DNA from: Geosiphon pyriformis uo1
Taxonomy: Eukaryota > Fungi > Glomeromycota
Assembly (NCBI GenBank): GCA_016748015.1
Contig: JAAOMT010000523.1
Span: 990,156 to 1,054,155, forward strand
DNA length: 64,000 nt
Reading direction: 5' to 3'
Shown here: positions 54,280 through 64,000 of the stretch, piece by piece
How positions within the stretch are numbered: the stretch's first letter is position 1
How the letters are laid out: every line of letters starts with the position of its first letter
Made by a program: the position numbers and the translations under genes
The notes under the pieces: model-generated
Databases searched by the model: none
Told to the model about the DNA's origin: nothing
The model's input: the letters and a program-made list of their open reading frames with translations, nothing else

Positions 54280-57200
54280 CAAAGTGGTGACTGCCTCAGA
54301 CATCACAACCTTAGAGTACTATCAATTGATTTACACACATTGCAAACAACAATTTGAAATACATGATGGAATCATAGCTTTCAAGAAAACACTTTTTCAA
54401 TACATCGAAAATTGAATCAATGACTACCTCTTTGGGAACTATAACATTACAACAGTTAAAAGAGATCTTCTTGAGAACATACTACACTATTCCAACACTG
54501 AATCAGAAAACATTAGTGCTGAAGCTTGCACTACTTATTTTGAGGAACTTGATTATAATATCATTCAATTCTGTGAAGAAAAATATCCTGCAAATGCACA
54601 ATTTGCCTTTGAACTCGAATCTGAACCTGAAACCAGTAACAACAAAAGACATAAAGATAACCAACCTGTTCACACAACACCCAATACTTCCAAAATATCA
54701 TTCAAACATCTACAAACACCTGAACAAAGAACCAGCTCAAAACTTTCACTTATTATCACACCTTTTCCAGCTTCACTTGCATAAGCACAAACACCTAATT
54801 CACCCTTGAATTGATTTGCAAGACCAGAAGATTTTACATTACTCAGAAGTCCCACCAGACAACAAGAACCTCTTCAAACTAGTTCCAATCTCCTTGATTT
54901 TCTAGCTGAAAATCAAAGTGAACACTCTGAGACAGCAGCAAACGAAGAAAACAACTCTGAAATAACTGAAGAAAAATCAATAGACAGTGAAAACAAAGAA
55001 GACGAAATGACAACATACATCGCAAAAATCCCTGACTTTAATGGAGAAGACATTGAGACCAGTTCTTAAGAATGGCTCGACCAATTTACTAAAGCTGGAG
55101 ATGCAAATGGATGGAATGCCACCAGAATGTTAAGAACAATTCCATACTTTCTCAAAGGAACAGCAGAAGAATGGTTTGAAAACCTGGCCACCCCATTCAA
55201 TGATTGGAATGCTTTCAAAGCAGCCTTCCTTGAACAGTTCACCAACAATAATACCTCTATCACTCTTCACAATCGTTTTCGAAATATCAAACAAGAACTC
55301 TCCGAATCCATTATGACTTATATTGAGAAATTCAACAAACTTCTCAGACGGATTCGCCAACTCGAGACAAACAATTATTATTCTAATGCTCAAATTTTGG
55401 ATCAATTTATTGCTGGTCTAAAAGATAAACCAATTAAAAAAATTCGCCCACATGCGCCAGAAGATTTAAACTTTGCCATATAGCATGCGAAAAGATACAA
55501 AATGGCCATGGAAGAAGCCAATCGTACAAAACTTGTAAATTTGGCAATTGGAGAAACCAGCTCAGTAGCTGAGGAAAAAATTGACCAACTCACAAAGAAA
55601 GTCGAAAACTATTTTACCAACCAACAACAACAACAATCCCAAAGATATCAACCACCCCAAAGACGAAATCAAAATAACTTTGCACCACTTTCCAATAACC
55701 AGCCCCAAAATTGCCATTACTGTGGAATCTTTGGCCACTGGAAAAGAGATTGCAGAAAGCTGCAATGAGACCAACAAAATAGGGGTAATCAACATTACTC
55801 TCCATCACAGCAATTTTATTATCAACTATCACCACCAGCTTACTATCCACAAAAACCCCAATACCAAAATAACTATTATCAGCCCACCCCACAACCAATC
55901 CAACAGCAATACCAACAACCACCCACACAACATTATCAAGTACCTGCTCGAAGACTGATTACACAAAATCAATTCATACCACAAAACCAATACCAAGTAA
56001 ACAACAGTAGAATCAGTTCGAACAACCAATTGGTTCCCCAAAATACCACTCAACCAAGACCCAACCATTACCACACTCAACCCAATTATTTAACAATGCC
56101 AGAAGAATAGGATTTTCACCATACTGCATTCTCAGAAGGTAGAGCTGCAACACAACAACAACGAAACTCTTCTCATAACCACACCACTATTCCACCAGCC
56201 TGAATTGCTGAAAACGCCAATCCCTCTGATATCTTTCCTTTTGAATTTGAAGCAAATGAATCACCATTCTTGCTTAGCAATGTAGTGGCTAATGAGCAAA
56301 AAGCTATTACTGCAATGTACACAGAAGCTGAAGTAGAAGGAAAGCCAATTCGCTTGATCCTAAACAGTGGATCCGCTGGAAGCATTATTACCTACCAGTT
56401 AATGCAACAGTTGAAAAAAAATGTCGACCAACCAGCTCAAACAGTAATCATCACTGCCGATGACATAAAAAAGACCCCGGTAGGAGAAATTGACAATTTT
56501 CCGTTCACTCTTGATGGAATCACCATTCCAGTCAAAGTTCTTGTAATGGATGCATCCCAGTACCAAGCTCTCGTCAGAAATGATTGGCTTCAAAAAGCCA
56601 ATACTAATCTGAATTGGGAAACACAAGAATTAACAATCTCCTACCAAGGACAACATGCCTGAGTACCTGCCATTTGTGATACATTCAACAAATGCTCTGA
56701 AAAAGCCCCGGCTTTTAAATTTGAACTAGAAGAAAAAAAACCAATAATCAAAACATTCATGGCTTTTGGATCAACGTCCAACTTGGCTGATAAAATAGAA
56801 CAAGAACATTTTATCCCACACACTAAACCCGAAACCTTTGGATGGAATATACCTTACTCAAAACCCAAACCAAGGAAACAATGCCCCTATATTCCCCTTA
56901 AATGTAAGGACTGCCACAAGAAACTATTGTCAATAGGAGCCTGCATTTCACCTGAAGAAGAATATGAAAATCATACTTGTTATTACTGCAAGGCTTGTCA
57001 CAGAGAGCGATGGGGCCATCTAATAAAAAGGAGTGGAAAATGGGACAACATCTCTTGTTTGACTTGTGGAGATATGCTACCAGAAGAATGCAATTGGATT
57101 GATGTAGCAATGAGAGGAGGCGTCTGTGATCAGACCTGCCAATATGCTTTATCAATTTCAGAAAAAGTAAAAAGAGGAACACCCTTTAATGCAGCATATA

Positions 57201-59895
57201 ATAGTGCTCTCAACAAACTTTATCACTACTCTTATGATGCTGAGATGATTTTCGACTTAGCAATGGCATTAATTAATAGAGCTACCAAAAAAGATGTTCG
57301 TCAAATGAAGGAAGCAGAATATATTGAATACACTATGGAATTAGCTGGATTTGATTACGAAAATGAAGTAGAAGTCTACCACCAAATTGCGAGTCACACT
57401 TACCCGACCCAAGAAGCTCAAATTCAACAATTAGAGCAAATGAACATTAGGCTATGTGAAAAATGCATTATGCCTTGCGATGAACAATGGTGTTCTAAAT
57501 GCTATGCTCTTAGTATCCCCTTGCCCAGCGAAAATGATGAGAATGAAATTGAATTCGGAGAACCTGAAGAAATGGAAGAAATTGAAACAACACCCATCTA
57601 CCTTATCAAAAATCAGTCTGCTTTACAACTTAAATACTTCAACAACAATGGACAAAGAATAAAACCCAAAAAAGCACACGAAATTGATGCTGGATATGAC
57701 CTAAGATATCCAGGCAAGGATACTCTTGTTTTCAAACCCAAATCTCTCACAAAAATCAACCTCAAAATTGCACTCGGAATCCCGCCAGGAGCAATAGTTC
57801 AAATCGCCTCCCGGTCCTCTCTGGCAAGCAAAGGAATCAATGTCAGAGGAGGAATAATCGATGCTGGATATACTGGAGACATAACAGTGATGCTTCAAAA
57901 TGAAACTGACAAACCATTCAAGATCGAACATGCTGAAAAAATTGCCCAAGCTATTTACCTACTCTTAATCAATATTTTGGGTTTGCAACTAGTCAATCAA
58001 AGAGAACAATTAGGAAAAAGCGATAGAGGAACCCAAGGTTTTGGTTCAACTGGACGATTCACAGTTCCAGTTAATATAGCTCTTAACACACAGAATGAAT
58101 CCCACCAGATTCTCAGACTTCCACAACCAATTACTATCTCACCCTTTGGAGAACATCCGGAAATCTACACCTGCCTAAAGTCAACAACTACACAACAAAT
58201 TTTTGAGTCCAATGAACAAGTCTGCTTGAAACATAATATTTTGATTCCAAACATTTATATTCCAGAAGGAACAAAGAAAGTCTGAGTTACTTTTTACAAT
58301 CCCAATAATTACCCCATAATTTTATTAAATAATTTAGAAATTGGAGTTATTCACAGTAATATATTTTAACAAGAATTACCCCAAATAGTTCCCGATTTCT
58401 CTGAAATTATTGGACATTCAATACCAAAAACCAACCCAAACCCCAGCTCCGAAAACTACCATGTTGTCATGAAAAAACTATCTCGAATCAACATAGGACA
58501 ACTTGAACCACAACAACAGACCCAGCTCAAAGAGCTAATTGCAAAATTTGCTGACATCTTCACCGAAAACAACAATGACTTAGGAAGAACTGATTTGGTT
58601 CAACACCAAATCTATACAGGAGATGCCAAACCAAGGTGACAACAAGCCTACCGAGTTGTCCCAGAAAGTCACCAATTTATCCAAGAAGAAGTACAACAGA
58701 TGCTTAACAATGGGCTTATTCAACTATTAATGAGCCCATGGGCCTCACCTGTGGTCCTAGTTAAAAAAAAAATGGAAAGATACGATTTTGTGTTGATTAC
58801 CGACAACTCAATAGTGTCACCATTGGGGATGCTTACCCTCTTCCCCGAATTGATGACATGTTGGATGCCCTTGGAAAGTCCAAATACTTTTCACCATTAG
58901 ATTTAGAGAGTGGATACTGGCAAGTTGCTATGGATCCCAAAGACTGCCCCAAAACAGCATTCACCACTCAAGGAGGAAATTACGAGTTCAATGTAATGCC
59001 TTTTGGATTATGCAATGCACCAGCAACATTCCAAAGACTCATGGATGTTGTTTACAAAGGCCTCCTTTGGAAATCAGTAGTAGTTTATCTCGATGACACT
59101 GATGTTTATTCATCATCTTTCGAGCTACATTTAATTCACCTGCGAGAAGTTTTTCAACGATTACAGAAAGCAGGATTGAAACTGAACATTGAAAAATACT
59201 ACTTCGGAAAAACAAGTTTAGCTTTTCTTGGTCACATTGTTAGCAAAAATGGAATTAAACCAGACTCCGGAAAAATCAGTACTGTCAAAAACTTCAAGAC
59301 TCCACGAAATACCACAAAATTAAGAGGATTTATTGAATTAGCATCCTATTACCGAAAATTCATCAAAGGATTCTCAGAAATTGCAAAACCCCTCAACCAG
59401 CTCATTACTAAAAATGTCGAATACAAATGGACAGAAGAACACCAAAATGCCTTCGAGATACTTAAGGAAAAACTCACAACAGCTCCAATCCTCACCTACC
59501 CAGATTTCAGCAACCAATTCTGGTTAGCAACTGATGCCTCTTATACTGCTTTTGGTGCCATTCTATCACAGTTAGATGACAATGGAAATGAGCGAGTAAT
59601 TGCTTATGCTAGTAGAATATTAAAGCCAGCCGAAAAAAACTACCCTACAACAGAATTAGAAACCGCAGCAGTAATCTGGGCTCTACATCACTTCAACCTT
59701 TACCTCAGACCCAAAGAATTTGATATTATCACTGATAATATTGGACTTAAATGGCTTCAAAACAAAAACACCCAGCTGAACGCAAAACAAACCCAATAGA
59801 CAAAATTTTTAGCTAATTACCAATACATTGTACACCACAAACCAGGAAAACTCCACACCAACATTGATTGTCTCTCAAGAATGAGACAAAATTAG
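54280..59895 (+). pseudogene. gag-pol of D (gag, CCHC, protease, Cys-rich domain, dUTPase, RT, RNase H)
   Basis: ORFs 55127, 55502, 56270, 56759 and 58700 share one frame; 1-nt loss in the A-run near 58770; CHYCGIFGHWKRDC, ILNSGS, YLDD (59086-59097) and TDASY. Confidence 0.93.
57660..58060 (+). CDS. dUTPase domain within the D polyprotein
   Basis: All five motifs present: AGYDL, ASRSSL, GIIDAGYTG, EKIAQ and RGTQGFGSTG. Confidence 0.95.
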
Positions 59896-59944
59896 AAAAC
59901 AAAACCAACACCCATTTGAATTAACAGCATCAAAACAACAAACA

Positions 59945-61330
59945 ATGAACCCCGAAAACTACAACAATCTCAAACAATATTTGGAGACATTAACAATCCC
60001 AACAGATTGGTCTCCAGACAAAAAACATCAGTTACAACAACAAGCCAAACAATATTTTCTACACAACAACATTATCTATCATCAAAATTTCAAAAACCCA
60101 ACCAAACCACTCAAATTAATACAAGAACAAGAAAAAGAGATTATTTTATACAATATGCACTCAGATCCTTCATCAGCACACTTCGGAAAAGATAGTACCA
60201 CCCAAAGAACACTAGAATACTACTTTTGGCCTTGAATGAGAAAAGACATTCACAAATATGTCGAATCTTGTGATAATTGTCAAAGAAGAGGAGAAATTTG
60301 CCCTACAGAACCTTTAAATTCAATCAAAGTTGGACAGCCTTTTGACAGAGTTGGTATCGATTTAGTCAGACCACTATCTATTACCACTCAAGGAAACCGT
60401 TATATTGCAGTAGCTGTAGATTATCTTACTAAATGGTCTGAAGCCAGAGCCATTCAACAAGCAGATGCAAAATCAGGAGCAAATTTCATCTACGAAGACA
60501 TCATTTGTAGACATGGATGTCCAATTGAACTTTTATCTGATTAGGGAACACACTTTGTGAACAACCTGATACAAGAAATTTGTGAACAATTTAATATCAA
60601 AAGACCTCTGTCTTCGCCCTACCATCCACAAACAAATGGACTTGTGGAACGTTTTAACAGAACATTGTGTGAGTTATTAGCCAAAGTCTCAACCGATTTT
60701 GAACAAGAATGGGATTTCTTTATTCCATCAGTGTTACTAGCATATAAGACATTAAAACAAGATACCATGAAACACACACCATTTGATTTAACTTATGGAA
60801 GGATGGCAACATTACCAATCAGTTTCACAGTGGAAACATATCCAGCACAACTAATCGATGAAAACAATTTCCAAGAAACACTTCAGTGAAGAGCCTATAC
60901 TCTGCTTAGCACATTGGAAGGAAAATGACAAATAGCAGCCAACCATATTGAACACTCCCAAGCTCAACAAAAAGAATGGCATGATAACAAATTGTCTTCA
61001 GTCACCAATAAATTCAAAATTGGAAACAAAGTTCTCTTACACAGAACTAAAGCTGAAAAACAATGGAGTGGAAAATTTGAAAATAAATGGGATAGACCAT
61101 TCTTTATCCATGAAGTCTTAGACAATAGATCATACAAGCTAAGACTTGATGACAAAATTCTAGCAAAAGTTGCACATGGAGATTGTTTAAAACACTATCA
61201 TTCCAGAAACAATCCTGAACCATTAATTCCACAAATTGGTACACATTCTTCTTTGGTCAGTCCCGAAGATATTCCCTGAAACTTAGAACCAATAGTTGTT
61301 ATTGAACAACCTTCCAACCTGAACACTTAA
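59945..61330 (+). pseudogene. Integrase of D (own ATG)
   Basis: HSDPSSAH...CDNC, GIDLV, LSD, ERFNRTL and WDRPF; a few stops. Confidence 0.92.
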
Positions 61331-61447
61331 TTTAATTTTACTAGTTATTCTCTTATAATTTAGAAACAATCTCACAAAAACAAAACAAAAATAACATAAA
61401 AACCCATACACCAAAAATAATTTTTTATTTTTTTTCAATTGCTTATA

Positions 61448-61796
61448 ATGACTATTCCTTAAAACATTCAACAATTATCCCAAAAACTAATGTTAGCTTT
61501 AAAAACAATACCCGAATTATCCATTACTGTTACTGGAAACCACATANNNNNNNNNNNNNNNNNNNNNNNNNNNNNNNNNNNNNNNNNNNNNNNNNNNNNN
61601 NNNNNNNNNNNNNNNNNNNNNNNNNNNNNNNNNNNNNNNNNNNNNNNNNNNNNNNNNNNNNNNNNNNNNNNNNNNNNNNNNNNNNNNNNNNNNNNNNNNN
61701 NNNNNNNNNNNNNNNNNNNNNNNAATTTCTTCAATAATTTTGGATTATTATCTGGAAATAACAGACAGTACTTGGACTTTGACGGAGCTCAGTCTT
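61448..61796 (+). pseudogene. Accessory ORF3 of D, partly in the gap
   Basis: MTIP*NIQQLSQKLMLALKTIPELSITV matches the N-terminus of C ORF3; the end matches after the N run. Confidence 0.65.
61547..61723. other. Assembly gap (N run)
   Basis: Run of N characters. Confidence 0.99.
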
Positions 61797-61806
61797 GAGG
61801 AGGAGG
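61797..61806 (+). other. Polypurine tract
   Basis: GAGGAGGAGG 3 nt upstream of the 3' LTR. Confidence 0.85.
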
Positions 61807-61809
61807 TTA

Positions 61810-62795
61810 TGTTACCAGATGAAATTAGAGATATCATTTAGCATGAAATTATCTCATAATTCCTATTATTAATTAGCATATATTATCGTTTCAAATTATC
61901 ACTTATTACATTAGCAAAGAATGTCCGAAATTATTATTTAATTAATAACCCAAATTGTACACAACACAAATGTAACCTAATTGCGATGATCAATCATGCA
62001 ATACTCTGAACTATGTAATATTTAAAAGTTTGCCGAAATTTATAGAAATTCACCGAAATAATTGATAGTTTACCGAAATATTTAATAGTTCGCAGAAATG
62101 ACTTGTAGTTTGCCGAAATGTATCTTTAGTTCAGCAAAATTGTAGAAAATAGCAAAGTTCAAGTTCATAGAATAGTGTTATGACAAGTTGTATAAAAGAA
62201 GAGCTTCTCTCTTCGAGAAAATGTATCTTACTTTAGATTTATCACTTAGAACCATTCTTACATACACAAAAAGAAATAAAAATCAAATAATTTGAAAAAA
62301 CCAAATTTTTTAATTATTACACTTGGAAAATCCTCAAAACCCAATTAACGTTTTGAAATTGATTAGCTACCAATTTCAGTAAACTGTTAGTAACTCCAGG
62401 CCTGGATAGAAAATGTTTTTCTTGACAAAATTCTATTTTTTTTTACATTTCTTTTATTTTCTTTTTTTTTCTTTTATTATTATAATCATTAGAGTAGCCT
62501 ACAAACAAGATTCCTGTAGAAGAGTTGACTTTCACAGCAAAGTAACTACACATTTTTAGTGAGCTTCCAGATGAGCAATTCCTGAGAAAGAGTTGACGTT
62601 TACTACAACGTAACTACATAAAGTAACTGGCAAGGAATTGGCCATTCCACTTATAAGCCCAGCAGTTCAAATTATAAGAGATAATTTGAAGATAAATTCA
62701 GTTACTGGAGATTCAACCACATCCAGAAAACGTGAATTCACAGCAAATAAGTATCAACAACATTACAAAAAAGAGACCAAAAACCTCTGGTAACA
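61810..62795 (+). repeat. 3' LTR of D
   Basis: Direct repeat of 53256-54241. Confidence 0.97.
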
Positions 62796-64000
62796 GCGGA
62801 TGCCTTTGTTGATGATACTATTTGGGTTGGCAGCAGTCAAAGTGCTACACAACACATTCTTAACATTGCTAGTGAATTTTTCAGTATCAATGACATCTCA
62901 ATTAATAATGATAAGTCTGTTGCCATTCCCATTAATTGTGATAGTACGGCTTCCTCTTTGCTGATCAGTGGGTCACCTATTTCTATCGCCAAGAAGGAGA
63001 AATCGCATCACTATTTGGGGATCTATTTGTCAACTGAGGGTCTTTCGAAGCCTAGCTTGGCTAAGGTGCATTCTGATGTCTGGTTTTTTTCTAATTTAGT
63101 CCTGAGAAAGACAGTGGTCCTCTTTCCTATTATTGAATATAGAACACAGTTCAGTTACGTTCCTATTAATGCTTGTGGAAAGTGGGACACTTTGATTCAT
63201 AAGGGCTTGAAATTTAAGTCTGGTTTGCCACGTGATTTTCACAATAATGCGATTCATTATCTCTCTCTGTATAGTTTGAAGACTTTTGAACAGGTTCAAG
63301 CTAAGAGCAAGATGGCTTTGGTCATTTCCTTCGCGAACTCTGTTGGGATTTTGGAGCATCTATTTTCTCACTGGTCACATGATCTTCAGGTCCTCTGCTG
63401 GCGCCCGCTACATCTTTTGCAGTGTCCAGTTCGTGTCAAAGTCAATTCTCTAAACAATTTTCTGGTGGGTGTGGTGCATATTTTCTCTGGGTGTGATTTG
63501 TCATTGGGTGGCTTTCTGACTAGTGCTTTTCGTCGTCGGGGTGAAACTCCTATGTCTTTTGTTCTTGGTGAATCAAATTATGTCAAGAGTGTCTTGTCAC
63601 TTCGACATTATGAGATTGCTTTTGTAGACCAGCTATGAAACCGAAATGGGGCTGTTTTTGAGTGGAAGACCTTCAAACAATGGAAGTGGTTAGACTCACA
63701 TAGTCCGGTTCCTGTCTGGTTTGAGCTGTTGGTTCATTTTCTTGGTGGCATGTTTTCTCTTCCTGTCTACTCCACGCTTTTGGCTGATTGTGGCTCTTCG
63801 GATGTTCTTCAGTCTCATGAGTTTGGCATTATTGGCGCCGGTTTATTCAATTCTAATGTTGGTCATCTTTCTGTTTACACAAATGGATCTCTAAGTAATT
63901 TAGGGACTGTTGATATGAAAGCTGGGGCTGCTGTTTTCTTTGAGAACATTGGTATGGGTTTGGGTGTGGGGGTATCTGGTTTAATGTTTTTTATCTTGAC
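62796..64000 (+). pseudogene. LINE ORF2 3' part (RT C-terminal half to start of RNase H)
   Basis: ADAFVDDTIWV, INNDKS, HHYLGIYL and SVYTNGSL...AGAAVFF. Confidence 0.9.

Larger units (their letters stand above)
53256..62795 (+). mobile_element. Full-length Ty3/Gypsy element D carrying a dUTPase
   Basis: Two 986-bp LTRs with TGTTACCAGA...TCTGGTAACA termini, TSD GTGG/GCGG, PBS, PPT and all core domains. Confidence 0.97.
48950..64000 (+). mobile_element. LINE (non-LTR retrotransposon) with APE, RT and RNase H, split by the Gypsy D insertion; runs off the window end
   Basis: Abrupt GC rise at about 48950; ORF1 plus ORF2; ORF2 resumes in frame after 62795. Confidence 0.92.

Noticed and set aside
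61200-61330. Chromodomain at the integrase C-terminus
   Set aside because: Only a short Pro-rich tail follows the GPF-type module; no chromodomain motif is visible.
61448-61796. ORF3 as a retroviral env gene
   Set aside because: Too short, with no signal peptide, furin site or transmembrane anchor in the readable copies.
61468-61798. ORFs spanning the N run
   Set aside because: Their length is an artefact of X residues; comparison with C suggests the true gap is longer than the N run.

Overview
AT-rich eukaryotic, repeat-dominated window with no intact host housekeeping gene. Family resemblance suggests a Glomeromycotina/Mucoromycota-type fungus (inference). It is a nested retroelement cluster. 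Three Ty3/Gypsy LTR families occur at very different stages of C>T/G>A decay: A (1-20.7 kb, solo LTR at 44.7-45.5 kb), B (12 kb solo LTR, 14.7-17.7 kb, 26.8-33.3 kb) and C/D (0.35-1 kb, 20.7-26.8 kb, 53.3-62.8 kb). The youngest is a full-length 9.5-kb element (53256-62795; 986-bp LTRs, PBS, PPT, 4-bp TSD) inserted just before the FVDD motif of a LINE (ORF1, then APE-RT-RNase H ORF2). The Gypsy families share an unusual layout: gag-PR-Cys-rich-(dUTPase in A and C/D)-RT-RNase H, a conserved stop, integrase with its own start codon, then a conserved non-env ORF3 before the PPT. The 35-48 kb interval holds decayed relics: a TET/JBP-like 2OG-Fe(II) dioxygenase, a Tc1/mariner element with TIRs and TA TSD, a small secreted Asn-repeat protein and PD-(D/E)XK-like genes. 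All calls come from manual reading; no database search was run.
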